Assembly: GCA_965208575.1 (NCBI GenBank)
Contig: CBDBOV010000003.1
Span: forward strand, 96,001 to 160,000
Direction: 5' to 3'
Source: Spirochaetia bacterium
Lineage (GTDB): Bacteria; Spirochaetota; Spirochaetia; SZUA-6; Bin103
DNA: 64,000 bases
Shown one piece after another: positions 9,647 through 20,592 of the stretch. How positions within the stretch are numbered: the first letter of the stretch is position 1; the number at the start of each line of letters is the position of its first letter. The position numbers and the translations under genes are program-made. The notes under the pieces are model-generated. The model had not been told where the DNA came from and searched no databases. It saw nothing but the letters and a program-made list of their open reading frames with translations.

Positions 9647-10024
9647 CCGGGCCAATTCGTTCCGTTCGAAGAGTGGCCCGAAGAGGTCAAGAACGTCTTT
9701 AACTACGATCCGGAAGGCGCGGAGGCGCTGCTGGATGAAGCCGGATATCCTCGCGGCTCGGATGACATTCGATTCAAGACCACGTTGAAATGGATAGAAT
9801 CTTTTGATGTAGGCTATGCGGAATTGGCCATTGGATTCTGGCGCGAAATTGGTGTTGACGTACAGCTTGAGCTGATGCCCGGTGCCGAATTCACTCCTGT
9901 CACGGGTGATAGGGATTACGAAATGGTCACCAGCATAACGGCAAACCTCAGCCCGGGATATATCCACTATTCCGACGCGTTCAATTGGAACACAGCCAAC
10001 CGGGCGGCGGTCTTGGGGCGCTAG
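9647..10024 (+). pseudogene. Internal relic of a family-5 ABC substrate-binding protein (cluster 1)
   Basis: FVPFEEWPEEVK...YDPEGAEALLDEAGYPRG...WREIGVDV; no signal peptide or C-terminus. Confidence 0.85.
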
Positions 10025-10041
10025 GCGATAGTTCAATACTA

Positions 10042-10078
10042 GCAGCCCGTTCCGGCTGCTCCAAGGTCCTCCTTGGGC
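10042..10078 (+). terminator. Stem-loop between SBP and permease
   Basis: CAGCCCGTTCC...GGGACGGGCTG long hairpin; analogous hairpins in the other clusters. Confidence 0.5.
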
Positions 10079-10133
10079 GGTTGGGACGGGCTGTCTTGTT
10101 GGAGGAAGTGGCTAAAGGAGAGAGGCGTGTGAC

Positions 10134-11096
10134 ATGAGAGCCTACATCATCAGGCGGCTATTGCTGATGATCCTTTCACTGTTTCTCTTGACCATCCTGG
10201 TATTTCTCTCGGTGCGCTTGCTCCCCGGCGATGTCATAGACGCAATACTGAGTCGGATGATGGAAATATCAACGGTAGGGACGATTGACCGGGAAGCACT
10301 TGAGCGTCAGCTGGGATTGGACGTGCCTGGCTACGTACAGTATGCCCGCTGGTTGGTGGGGATTCTCCTGCGCGGCAGCCTTGGCGAATCACTGATGGGT
10401 CGAGGAGCGGTGGAACAGCAGATAATCAACAGACTACCGGTCACCCTCGAGCTTGGCCTCCTGGCAATCGTGATCGGGCTGGTGATTGCCCTGCCGGTGG
10501 GCATCTTTTCGGCCGTTCGCCAGGATACCGCCGCCGACTACGCGGGGCGCTCCATCGCCATTGTCGGTCTGGCAACGCCCAACTTCTGGCTGGGCATTAT
10601 GGTCATGGTCTACCCGGCAATCTGGTGGGGCTGGTCGCCATCGATGGAGCTGATTCCGTTCTCTGAAGACCCGTTGGGTAATCTGGGCATGTTCCTCATT
10701 CCCAGCCTGATTCTCGGGACAGCCTCGGCAGCCGCCATCATGCGGCTGACGCGCACCATGATGCTGGAGGTGCTGCGCCAGGACTACATTCGCACCGCTT
10801 GGTCCAAGGGGCTTCGGGAGAAAGTCGTGATTATCCGGCATACCATCAAGAATGCCCTGATCCCGGTGGTGAGTCTGATCGGCCTGCAGGTGCCGATCCT
10901 GGTTGGCGGCTCCGTCATCATGGAAAACATCTTCAACCTGCCTGGAATAGGTCGTCTCGCCCTGATCGCCCTCAATGACAGAGACTTCACGATGGTCGCC
11001 GGAGTAAACTTGTTCTTCGCAGCCACGGTTATGGGGGCCAATCTTGTCACCGACCTGATCTATGCGTTCTTGGATCCCAGAGTTCGTTACCACTAG
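10134..11096 (+). CDS. DppB/OppB-type ABC permease (cluster 1)
   Basis: MRAYIIRRLL, PGD, EVLRQDYIRTAWSKGL EAA loop, LDPRVRY. Confidence 0.95.
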   Translation: MRAYIIRRLLLMILSLFLLTILVFLSVRLLPGDVIDAILSRMMEISTVGTIDREALERQLGLDVPGYVQYARWLVGILLRGSLGESLMGRGAVEQQIINRLPVTLELGLLAIVIGLVIALPVGIFSAVRQDTAADYAGRSIAIVGLATPNFWLGIMVMVYPAIWWGWSPSMELIPFSEDPLGNLGMFLIPSLILGTASAAAIMRLTRTMMLEVLRQDYIRTAWSKGLREKVVIIRHTIKNALIPVVSLIGLQVPILVGGSVIMENIFNLPGIGRLALIALNDRDFTMVAGVNLFFAATVMGANLVTDLIYAFLDPRVRYH

Positions 11097-11111
11097 GGAG
11101 AATCGTCACGT

Positions 11112-12014
11112 ATGAGGGAGCACAGGAGACGTGCCGGGATTGCTGGTTTCCTGCTCAGGTTGGTCAAGGAAAAGCCACTGGGCACTGTTTGCGGGATTAT
11201 CGTACTTATATTGATTCTCGTGGCTATCTTCGCGGATGCTCTGGCTCCCTATGAACACTATCAAATGCACCTGAAAGACCGGATGCAGGGCTCCTCAGCC
11301 CGGTATCTGCTCGGTACCGACCACCTGGGGCGCGACTTCCTGAGCCGAATCATCTATGGGGCCCGTATTTCACTGACGGTCGGTCTGGCCGCGACCGCTC
11401 TCAATGTCGTAGTCGCTGTACTGGTAGGCGGCGTTTCAGGATTCTTTGGCGGTAAAGCAGACCTCGTGGTGCAGAGGTTTGTCGATACCTGGATGTCGTT
11501 CCCGAGTCTGATCCTGTTGTTGACCGTTATGTCCGTATTGGGGAAGGGTTTAGTCCAGATAATAGTCGTGCTTGGAGTAGCAGGAGGCATCGGCAGCTCA
11601 AGAGTAGTCAGAGGCGCCGTTATCGCAGTAAAAGAGAATACCTATTTTCAGGCGGCGGAGTCGATCGGCTCTTCCAAGTGGAGAGCCTATATCCGACATG
11701 TGCTGCCCAATATCGTGGCTCCCGTAATCATCATATTCAGCATCAACATTGGGGGCGTGATCATGTCCGAGTCTGCTCTGAGTTTTCTTGGATTTGGATT
11801 GCCACCCGGTATTCCGAGCTGGGGAGGGATGCTCAGCCGGGAAGGGCGTCAATACATGGAGGAAGGGCCATGGCTGGCGCTCTGGCCAGGTCTCTATCTT
11901 ACGATTCTCGTCTACAGTCTGAACATGTTCGGCGATGCGGTAAGGGACCTGCTCGACCCGAGGCTGAGGGGTGGCGCGGGGCGCTATGGTGCCCATACCG
12001 GCAAGTCGGTCTAG
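11112..12014 (+). CDS. DppC/OppC-type ABC permease (cluster 1)
   Basis: LGTDHLGRD, RHVLPN, LSFLGFG, SWGGML, NMFGDAVRDLLDPR. Confidence 0.95.
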   Translation: MREHRRRAGIAGFLLRLVKEKPLGTVCGIIVLILILVAIFADALAPYEHYQMHLKDRMQGSSARYLLGTDHLGRDFLSRIIYGARISLTVGLAATALNVVVAVLVGGVSGFFGGKADLVVQRFVDTWMSFPSLILLLTVMSVLGKGLVQIIVVLGVAGGIGSSRVVRGAVIAVKENTYFQAAESIGSSKWRAYIRHVLPNIVAPVIIIFSINIGGVIMSESALSFLGFGLPPGIPSWGGMLSREGRQYMEEGPWLALWPGLYLTILVYSLNMFGDAVRDLLDPRLRGGAGRYGAHTGKSV

Positions 12015-12110
12015 AAGAGCACGCGCACAACGGCATGGCAGGTGCGGATCTCAAGTGATGTGCGCCGATGCGGTTGCAAGCTTGGACCGAGCCGCCCGCT
12101 GCGGCCAGGG

Positions 12111-13241
12111 TCACCGGGGCGGCCGCGTCCGAGGCCGCCGCTGGCCCGAGACGGCGCGGGCCGGGCTGCGGTAGACCCCGAGCGCGCGCCCACCGCCGCC
12201 CTTGAGGCGCGGGTCGAGCAGGTCGCGTACGGCGTCGCCGAACATGTTGACGCCGTACACCACCACCGCCAGACAGATGCCGGGAAACAGCGCCAGCTCC
12301 GGCTTGCGCTCCATGTAGCGGCGGCCGTCGAAGCTGAGCATGCCGCCCCAGCTCGGCACCTCCAGCGGCAGGCCGAAGCCGAGGAAGCTGAGCGCCGCCT
12401 CGTCCAGGATGATGTAGCCGATGTTGATGGAGTAGATGACGATCACCGGCGCCACGATGTTGGGCAGCACGTGGCGCAGCACGGTGCGCAGCCTGCGGTT
12501 GCCGATCGCGGCCGCCGCCGCGATGTAGTCGTTCTCCTTGATGCCGATCACGGCGCTGCGCAGGACGCGCGAGTTGTGGATGCCGTACAGGACGCCCAGC
12601 ACCACGATGATCTGCAACGTGCCGCGGCCGACGATCGACATTACCGTGAGCAGCACCAGCAGCCCCGGAAACGCCATCCAGCCGTCCACGAAGCGCTGCA
12701 CCACGAGGTCGTAGCGGCCGCCGAGGTAGCCGGACGGCACCCCGATCGCCGCCGCCACCACGATGGTCACCGTGGTCGCGGCCAGGCCCACCACCAGCGA
12801 GATGCGGGCGCCGTGAATCAGCCGGGTCAGGATGTCGCGGCCCGCCCCGTCGGCACCCAGCAGGTGCCTGGCGGACGGCGGCGCCAGCCGGTCCATCACG
12901 ATCATCTCGTCCACCTCGTAGCGGGTCAGCACGTCGGCGAAGATCCCGCACACCAGCAGCAGCAGGATGATGATCGCCCCCACCAGGCCGAGCGGCTTCT
13001 CGCGCACCAGGCGCACGAAGAAGTCGGCCACCGGGCCGCGCGCACCGGCGCCGCGCGGGCCACGATCCGGTGAACCCGTGTCCGGTGAGTGTACGCGGCG
13101 CGTGACGCGGCGGCGCGGTGTGGCTTCCGGTCCACCGGATGGGTGGGGGGAGGCCCGGCTGTCTTGGCCGCCCACGTCGCGGGAGTTGCCGGCTCGGGCG
13201 CGGTTGCCGTTGCCGGCGCCGCCGTCGGCAAGATCCGCCAT
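12111..13241 (-). CDS. DppC/OppC-type ABC permease (cluster 2), long N-terminal extension
   Basis: LGADGAGRD, RHVLPN, NMFGDAVRDLLDPR. Confidence 0.9.
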   Translation of the reverse strand: MADLADGGAGNGNRARAGNSRDVGGQDSRASPHPSGGPEATPRRRVTRRVHSPDTGSPDRGPRGAGARGPVADFFVRLVREKPLGLVGAIIILLLLVCGIFADVLTRYEVDEMIVMDRLAPPSARHLLGADGAGRDILTRLIHGARISLVVGLAATTVTIVVAAAIGVPSGYLGGRYDLVVQRFVDGWMAFPGLLVLLTVMSIVGRGTLQIIVVLGVLYGIHNSRVLRSAVIGIKENDYIAAAAAIGNRRLRTVLRHVLPNIVAPVIVIYSINIGYIILDEAALSFLGFGLPLEVPSWGGMLSFDGRRYMERKPELALFPGICLAVVVYGVNMFGDAVRDLLDPRLKGGGGRALGVYRSPARAVSGQRRPRTRPPR

Positions 13242-14209
13242 TACCGGTACCTGACCCGCGGGTCGAGGAACGCGTAGGACAGGTCCACCAGCAGGTTGGC
13301 CAGCACCACCGCGGTGGCGATCACCAGGTTGATGCCGGACACCAGCGTGTAGTCGCGCCGCTGCAGGGCGTCCAGCGCCAGCCGCCCGAGACCGGGCAGC
13401 GCGAAGATCTGCTCAATGATCACGGCGCCGCCCACCATCACCGGCAGGCTGGCGCCGACGATGGTCACCACCGGGATCAGCGCGTTCTGCAGCGCGTGTC
13501 CGATCACTACCGCGCGCTGCCGCAGCCCCTTGGACCACGCCGTCCTGATGTAGTCCTGGCGCAGTACCTCCAGCATCATGGCACGCGTCATGCGCATGGT
13601 GGTGCCGGCCATCGCCATCGCCAGGATGAACGCCGGGACCACGAACATGCCCAGGTTGGCGAGCGGATCGTCCCGGAACCGCACCAGCTCCGGGCTGGGC
13701 GACCATCCCCACCAGATCGCCGGGTACAGCACCACCAGCGTCGCCACCCAGAAGCTCGGCACGGCGATGAACACGATCGCCACGCTGCGCGCCGCGAAGT
13801 CGCCGGCGGTGTCCTGGCGCACCGCCGAGTAGATGCCGATCGGCAGCGAGATCAACAGCGACAGCAGCACCGCCAGGAAGCCGAGCTCGAAGGTCACCCC
13901 GATGCGGCTGCCGATCATCTGCGTCACCGGCAGGTGCGAGCGCAGCGAGTCGCCCAGGCTGCCGCGCAGCACGATGCCGGACAGCCAGCGCGCGTACTGC
14001 ACGTGCATCGGCACGTCCAGTCCGAGCGCCTTCTCCAGCGCTTCGCGGTCGAACACCTCGGCGCCGGCGGTGCCGCCGCCCACCACCTCGGCCGCCATGG
14101 CGTCGATCACGTCGACCGGCAGCAGGCGCACCACCGCGAACACGATCAGCGACACCATGAACAGGGTGACGACGACCAGCAGCAGCCGGCGGATCAGGTA
14201 GGTGTGCAC
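13241..14209 (-). CDS. DppB/OppB-type ABC permease (cluster 2)
   Basis: YLIRRLL, EVLRQDYIRTAWSKGL, LDPRVRY. Confidence 0.95.
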   Translation of the reverse strand: MHTYLIRRLLLVVVTLFMVSLIVFAVVRLLPVDVIDAMAAEVVGGGTAGAEVFDREALEKALGLDVPMHVQYARWLSGIVLRGSLGDSLRSHLPVTQMIGSRIGVTFELGFLAVLLSLLISLPIGIYSAVRQDTAGDFAARSVAIVFIAVPSFWVATLVVLYPAIWWGWSPSPELVRFRDDPLANLGMFVVPAFILAMAMAGTTMRMTRAMMLEVLRQDYIRTAWSKGLRQRAVVIGHALQNALIPVVTIVGASLPVMVGGAVIIEQIFALPGLGRLALDALQRRDYTLVSGINLVIATAVVLANLLVDLSYAFLDPRVRYR

Positions 14210-14391
14210 CGGTCAGCGGGCGCCGGACCGCACCGGACGCGCTGGGGCCCGTCCGGTGCCGGGCGCGCTGAGGGCCGTCCGGTGGTGCCCTCCGAGGCGG
14301 CGCAAGAAGCGGCCGCCAGGGGAAGAGGCCCCCGGCGGCCGCGAGGTTCTCAAGTCAGATGCGAATCGCAGCCGTGTTTCGCCGCGGGCTG

Positions 14392-15345
14392 CTACTCGTG
14401 GCCCATTTCGGCGCGGAGGTCCTGGTCGATCCACAGGTAGGTCAGCACCTGCAGGGTGCGCTCGGTGCTGCCGCCCCACTCGCCGCGGTAGCCCTTGATC
14501 CACGGCTGGTACAGCGCGTGGAACGGCCCGCGCGGCAGCACCAGGTTGTACACCTGGCTGATGATGTAGTTGTCCATCTCCTTGAACGAGGCCACCAGCG
14601 CGTCCTGGTCGGGCGCCGCCATGGCGGCGTCGATCATGGCGTTGAGCGTGTCGTCGGTGACCTGCGTGTTGACGTTCGGAGATCCATACCAGTGGGCCGT
14701 TACCCAGAACGGGTTGTCCAGGTTCGGCCGCCGCGGCGACCACACCGAGTTCAGTTCCTTGGCCCTGCCCTCGCCCTTGGCGGTCCAGGCCATGCCGCCG
14801 TCCTCGTACAGGTTGATCTCGACGTCGACGCCGATCTTGTCCCAGTAGCTGGTCACCACCTGGGCCAGGTCCAGGTCGTTGCTGGAGCATGGGCACACGT
14901 CCCAACCGGCGCTGAACCTGGTGCCGCCGGCACCGCGCGGATAACCCGCCTCGTCGAGCAGCCGCTCGGCGCCGGCCGGGTCGAAGGTGTACAGCTCCTG
15001 CACCTCCGCCGGCCACTCGTCGAACGGGTTGGACATGCCCAGGGCGAAGCGCGGGATGTGGCCCCACAGCGAGGTGTCCGCCTCGCCGCCGAAGAACGCG
15101 GCGTTGAGCTCGTCGAGGTCGATCGCCTTCTGCATCGCCGCACGCACCCGCACGTCGTCGAACGGCGGCTTCGATGCCGTGAACGTCGGGCTGGTATTCT
15201 CGTTGTGCCCGAGCAGCAGCTTGACCAGCTCGGGGTTGGACTTGGCCAGGGCGTCCACCTGTTCCAGCGACAGGCCGGGCGCGAACGCGCTCCTGCCGGT
15301 GCGCAGCGCCGCCACCCGGGCGGCGGCGTCCGGCATGATGAACAT
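14392..15345 (-). pseudogene. Family-5 SBP, C-terminal half only (cluster 2)
   Basis: IMPDAAARVAALRTG, PPFDDVRVR, QPWIKGY..E, WIDQDL; N-terminal half missing relative to paralogs. Confidence 0.8.
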
Positions 15346-15411
15346 TATGCCCCACCCTCCCGCGCCGTCAAGCAAGCCGAGCTGGCCGGCTGTCCGGCCA
15401 CCACCTTCAGG

Positions 15412-15560
15412 TTACGCAAGGCCTGCCGTGAGCCCGAGGCACCTGGCGCAGAGGTTCATGCCCTTGTCGTGCGAGAACAGCGCTATCCCACCGACCTCCT
15501 CGCCGACCGCGAGCGCGGTCGCGACATGCAGCGCGTCGAGGGTGCGCACGTGCACCCGGG
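15412..15560 (-). pseudogene. VapC/PIN toxin, C-terminal fragment
   Basis: RTLDALHVATAL...LFSHD...A...GL motif. Confidence 0.7.
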
Positions 15561-15778
15561 AACGGTTCCATCGCCCGCCGCTTGATCTGCGTCGACATCT
15601 CCAGCGCCAAAGTCCAGCGGCGTCTCCGCCGTGGGCGGCACAGGAGACGGCGCCGCGGCCAATCTGATCAATTCGAGACCCGCGCAGCGCCGCCTTCGGG
15701 AAGCTGGCGCTCACGGACCCTGTCATTCACAGGTGGCCGCACATCAACCGGCTGCCATGGCATGCACGTAGGTGCCGG

Positions 15779-15826
15779 TTGACGTTGCGCGGGGGACCGC
15801 GTATACATGATGTGGAGTTGTATACG
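15779..15826 (+). promoter_or_regulatory. Sigma70-like promoter with palindromic operator
   Basis: TTGACG-17bp-TATACA; inverted repeat CGTATACA (15800) / TGTATACG (15819). Confidence 0.65.
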
Positions 15827-16125
15827 TGCAAACGGTAACCGTGTCGTTGCGACTGCCGGAGTCCGAGGTGTCTCGGCTGGAGAGCGCCGCGCAGGCTATG
15901 GGTGTCGACCGCTCCACCCTGTTGCGGTGGGCGGTCAGACGGGGCGCCAGCGCGCTCCTGCTCGAACGTGCGTGCGACGCCTACCGGCGCGGGGAAGTAA
16001 CCCTCTCGCGCGCCGCCGAGATGGCCGGCCTGAGCCTCCGTGACCTGATTCTCCGGTTGCGCGGTCAGGACCTGGTGTTGAACTACGGTCCGGAGGACTT
16101 GGCGGCGGACCTGCAGCCGCTTTGA
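15826..16125 (+). CDS. UPF0175-family putative antitoxin (RHH + HTH)
   Basis: VSLRLP...DRSTLLR...YRRGEVTLSRAAEMAGLS. Confidence 0.85.
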   Translation: MQTVTVSLRLPESEVSRLESAAQAMGVDRSTLLRWAVRRGASALLLERACDAYRRGEVTLSRAAEMAGLSLRDLILRLRGQDLVLNYGPEDLAADLQPL

Positions 16126-16613
16126 CCGTCGTCGCCGATGCCAGCCCGCTGATTTTTCTGGGCAAGATCCGGCGGCTTGCCCTGATTCACCGCGTCCTGG
16201 GAGGCGACGTCGTCGTCCCGCAGCAGGTTCGAGACGAGGTGTTGGCGCGGCCGCTCGACCCCGCCGAATCCGACGAGCTGCATCGGTTCCTGGCGACGGT
16301 ACGCATGGAACGTGTCGACAGCCCGCGAGTCTTTGCCGCCGGCATGAGCCGCGCCGACAACGCCGCCATGACGCTGGCCGTCCGACTTGAGGCGGACCTG
16401 CTGCTCGCCGACGACCGGACCGTTCGCCGCTTGGCCGCGGTGGAAGGCATTCGACCGCTCGGCACGCTCGGCGTGCTGCTGCTCGCGCTGCGGCGGGGAC
16501 TGGTGGAGCGGGCCGAGGTGCGCCGGCTGGTCGACGAACTCGTACGCTCCCATGGCTTCCGCATCGGGGTGGAACTGTATGCCGCGGTGATTCGCGAAGT
16601 CGACCGGCCGTAG
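16122..16613 (+). CDS. DUF3368/PIN-like putative toxin
   Basis: VVADASPLI, VVP..V..E, LLADD, GTLGVL; start overlaps the upstream stop. Confidence 0.85.
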   Translation: MTVVADASPLIFLGKIRRLALIHRVLGGDVVVPQQVRDEVLARPLDPAESDELHRFLATVRMERVDSPRVFAAGMSRADNAAMTLAVRLEADLLLADDRTVRRLAAVEGIRPLGTLGVLLLALRRGLVERAEVRRLVDELVRSHGFRIGVELYAAVIREVDRP

Positions 16614-16673
16614 CTGCAGTGGCTCGAACGTTCGGATTCGCTGCCGGCGATCCAGCAATGCCCATATACGACG

Positions 16674-16850
16674 GTGATACGGATATCTGCAACCGAGGCG
16701 AGCCGTTCGTTCTCGAAGCTGCTCGACCGGATCGAATCGGACGGTGGCTGTCGTCGAAGGCATTCGACCGCTCGGCACGCTTGGCGTATTGCTGCGGGCG
16801 CTGCGGCGGGGACTGCTCGGCCGGGCCGAGGTGCGCCTCTGATCGTTGAG
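16674..16850 (+). pseudogene. Phd-type antitoxin 5' fragment fused to a degenerate DUF3368 fragment
   Basis: RISATEASRSFSKLLDRIE; 16755-16850 resembles 16440-16520. Confidence 0.6.
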
Positions 16851-16890
16851 ATCGATTCGATGCGGCCACGATCCGCTATGGGTTGCCGCG

Positions 16891-18105
16891 TCATTCGACA
16901 GGATACATGCCGGGGGACGAGCGGAGTTGTCTGGTCTCGGGAAGTGCTTCTCCCTGCGTCGGTGCGGCGTGGTCGAGGAGGTAAGCCATCAGCGAGGGAA
17001 TTCCGGGCTCGTAGCGAACCGGCGGAAGCTGGCCGGGCGGGCGCCAGACGAAGCCCAGGCGCTGCAGGGCGGCCAGGGCCGTATGCACCTGCCGCGGGTC
17101 CGCGTTCGCAGCGAGACCGGCGGCGACCGCGGACTTCAACTGCTCATAGGTGAGCGTCGGCATGGATTGAAAACGGTCGGCCACGCGCTCGGCGACGGCC
17201 AGCCAGCCGGATCGATCCAACTCGATATACCGGTCCTCGTAGTAGTCGGTGACCCTGGTTGCCACGTCGGGCTGCGCTGCCGCCGCGTGGGCGGCGGTCA
17301 GCCGGGTCGCGCCGGTCGCCAAGCGCCGCTGCCACAGGGCGCGGCCCCAGACCTGGATGAAGTACGGGTAGCATTGGCTGTCCTTGACCACCGCATCGAG
17401 GGTGGCGGCGTCGATGCTCACGCCATGAGCCGCGAGCGGCACGACCAGAGCAGCGCGGGCGGCGCCCGAACTCAGCAGGCCGATGCCCAGGCGACCTTCG
17501 TCCAGCCGACTCCAGAACGTCGCATTCATGGCGCCAAGATGCGCCGCCAGGCCCGGCGTGCCGGCCAGCACCAGCAGAAACGGCGCCTCGTCGCGCACCT
17601 GCTGACTGGCGTTGAGCAGCGTTCTGCCCACCTCGAGGTCAAGCGTGTGCGCCTCGTCGACCAGCGTCGCCAGCGGCCTCCTGCGGCACCGGGCGGTCAA
17701 CTCCTGCCGCAGGTTGCGCATGCCCCCGGCCGGCGGCGCCCACTCGACCGAGCCCACCGCTGCCACGCCAAGTTTCCGGGGCAGCAGCTTCGCCAACCCG
17801 GGCGGCGGCGTGAGAACCTCGGTCAGTGCGTCCCGGGTGGGGATGTCGGCAGGGGTCAGGCTCACCACGTCCACTTCCGGTTCGCGGTCTCGGCAGGCGC
17901 GCTTGAACCAGTTGAGCAGCACCGTCTTGCCGGTGCCGCGCGGCCCCGTCAGGGCGACGTTGTGCGGTGGAGCCCGACCTCCGAGCAGGTCGCCCAGGCA
18001 CCGCGTCAGCACGGCCTCCTCCCGCTCGCGTCCGGTGAGGGCCGGCGGCGTGGCGCCGTCGCCGGGAGTGAACAGGCGTTGCTCGATTGCCTTCATATCG
18101 ACCAA
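16891..18105 (-). CDS. AAA-family ATPase
   Basis: FTPG..PP.L.GRE, Walker A GPRGTGKT, Walker B LVDEAH, YPYFIQ. Confidence 0.85.
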   Translation of the reverse strand: MVDMKAIEQRLFTPGDGATPPALTGREREEAVLTRCLGDLLGGRAPPHNVALTGPRGTGKTVLLNWFKRACRDREPEVDVVSLTPADIPTRDALTEVLTPPPGLAKLLPRKLGVAAVGSVEWAPPAGGMRNLRQELTARCRRRPLATLVDEAHTLDLEVGRTLLNASQQVRDEAPFLLVLAGTPGLAAHLGAMNATFWSRLDEGRLGIGLLSSGAARAALVVPLAAHGVSIDAATLDAVVKDSQCYPYFIQVWGRALWQRRLATGATRLTAAHAAAAQPDVATRVTDYYEDRYIELDRSGWLAVAERVADRFQSMPTLTYEQLKSAVAAGLAANADPRQVHTALAALQRLGFVWRPPGQLPPVRYEPGIPSLMAYLLDHAAPTQGEALPETRQLRSSPGMYPVE

Positions 18106-18187
18106 CGTAACGTATATCAGACCACCGCATCAGCGCCAACGGCCGAGATCTCGGCATGCTGGTCGCGCGTGCGGGAAGGCGTCACGC

Positions 18188-18500
18188 CGATCACCGTGTT
18201 CAGTCTGAACATGTTCGGCGACGCGCTGCGCGACCTGCTTCGAATACGACGAACAGCCGGCCGGCGCTCGCGGGGCGGCGGCCGACGCGCGTCGCATCCA
18301 GCGCCTGTGCGCCCGCATCGCGGCGGATATCGAACGGGCGGCTGTCGCGCGGCAGGAGCAGGCCGGCGGAGACCGGGAGCCGCCCGCCGGCGCAGCCGAT
18401 TAGCGCGTCAGGACGCGGTTGCGTTCCGCGCTGCGCATGCGGCATGACGTGGTCGCCGGACGGAGCGAAAGACATGCTCGCCGAGAATTGCCTGTTCGGA
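18188..18500 (+). pseudogene. Chimera: permease tail plus HEPN 3' end and downstream DNA
   Basis: 18190-18238 matches ~30325-30374; 18238-18500 resembles 35824-36088. Confidence 0.8.
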
Positions 18501-18530
18501 CGGTCCGCCCGCCTGGCCGCCTCGGGCCGT

Positions 18531-18559
18531 TTGACGGTGCCCTCCTCAGCTGCTACAGT
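18531..18559 (+). promoter_or_regulatory. Sigma70-like promoter of cluster 3
   Basis: TTGACG-17bp-TACAGT with extended -10 TG. Confidence 0.65.
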
Positions 18560-18777
18560 ATCTCCGATTAGGGCCCTCCGCGGGCCGTGCGCTCGGCCTT
18601 GAACACCGAAATCCCCGCAAAAAGGAGGTGCAGTTCGCGGCCCGAGTTCATGACGCTCATGCCGGGTGCGTGACGACCTGAGATTGCCGTCGCTGTTTGG
18701 CCGCCTGCGCTGCGGGCGCGAGAGTGCGCAGGGAACGGCAACTCGCTCAAGCACTCTCAGAATCTGGAGAGTTCAGT

Positions 18778-20560
18778 ATGAATCATCCGAGAATTGCACA
18801 CACCTTGGTGTTTGTGCTCGTGCTCAGCTTGGCCGCAACCGGCCTCTGGGCGGCCGCGGAGAGCGAGGAGCCGGCCGCGGCGGTGGAGAAGGAGATGGTG
18901 CTCGACCCATCCACCGGCGAGATGGTGGAGGCGCCACGCTACGGTGGGACCATCACCTACGGCCGGCCCAACCATGGGGAGCATACCGATGCCTGGTACA
19001 TCGGCGGCTGGGCGAGCCACTTCACCAGCGAGGTCCTCGAGAAGCTCGTCATCGGCGATTGGGCGATAGACCGGAGCGTGAACCACTTGCGCACCTACGA
19101 CCAGCCCTTTTCCATCAATCGAGGGGCGTTGGCGGAAAGCTGGGAAACGCCAGATGCGACCACGATGATCGCCCACATCCGACAGGGCGTTCACTGGCAC
19201 GACAAGGCACCGATGAACGGCAGGGAGCTGACCGCAAAAGATATCGAGTTCAACTATCATCGTCTCTATGGGATCGGCAGCGGCTTCACCGAATCGTGCC
19301 CCGTGTGTGGCGGCAAGGAAAAGAACCTCGAATCCATAACGGCCACTGACGATTGGACGGTGGTTTTCAAGCTGAAGCAGCCTGACCTTCTTGCCCTGGA
19401 CAAGTTCTTCGACCCCTGGGAGACCTTCATCCACGCGCCTGAGGTGATCAAGGAGCACGGCGACGTCAAGGACTGGCGGAACATGGTCGGCACCGGCCCC
19501 ATGGAGCTCACGGAGTATATCGATGCCACCTCCATGAAATGGACCAGGGTCCCCAACTACTGGGGGTTCGATGAGAAATTTCCCCAGAACCGCTTGCCCT
19601 ACGTCGACGAGATCAACGCCGTCATCATGACCGATATGGCGGCGCGGCTGGCGGCCCTGCGGTCGGGGAAGATTGACATACTCGGGACGGCCGGCGACTC
19701 TCAAATCAGGTCGGTCGACCAGTTGAAGAGCCTGCAGGAGAAGAATCCCGAGATCAACGTGTGGACCTTCGATTTTCGGGCCGGCACAGGTTTCGTGTTC
19801 AACAACGTCAACAACCCGCCCTTTGATGACATCCGCGTGCGCCGGGCCATGCAGATGGCGCTGGATCTGGAGACGATTCAATGCGACCTTCTTCGGCGGT
19901 TTGGGAGATCCGACTCCGAACGGATTGTGGGCCAACTCCAAGGAGGGGGTTGGCACGCCCTTCGACCAGTGGACCGAAGAGATCAAGCCATACTACCGGT
20001 ATGACCCGGAAGGAGCGAAGCAATTGCTGGCCGATGCGGGCTATCCCGATGGCTTCAACACCCGTTTGGACTACGACGTGCGCGCCGATACGAGCTACGC
20101 GGAATTGATCGCGAACTACTGGCGTGAGATTGGCGTGGAAGTCGAGATCCACACGGCGGACGCTACGCAAACCACGGTGTTCTGGCGAGACAATACTGCG
20201 GAAGGAATGATCGGTGGGACCACGGCCATGACGTATAGCGCTGCAGGCCTGGAGAACTGGATCACTGGGGGAACGTGGAACGGGTCCGCGGGCAGCGACC
20301 CGGAACTTGATGAACTCTGGGGGCGTGCCGAGTTTGCGGCCACGATCGACGAGCAGAACGCGGCGTTCAAAAGGATGAACATGCGCCTCTCGGAACTGCA
20401 TTGGGTCCTTACTGGTCCCGTGTCCCCGCAATTCAACGTCGCCCAACCGTGGATCAAGGGGTATAACGGCGAGGTCGCGATCAGCATAAATGGCCAATAC
20501 TCGACGGTCTTGACCCGCGTATGGGTCGACCAGGATCTGAAGCGGGAGATGGGCTTCTAA
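18778..20560 (+). pseudogene. Family-5 ABC substrate-binding protein, frameshifted at ~19878 (cluster 3)
   Basis: Signal peptide, LAESWE, GTGP, PFDDIRVR; extra T (ACGATTCAAT) versus ACGATCAAT in the copy at ~36256. Confidence 0.85.
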
Positions 20561-20592
20561 GGAGTCGCTACGGGAGTCTCCTGCTCGCGAAG

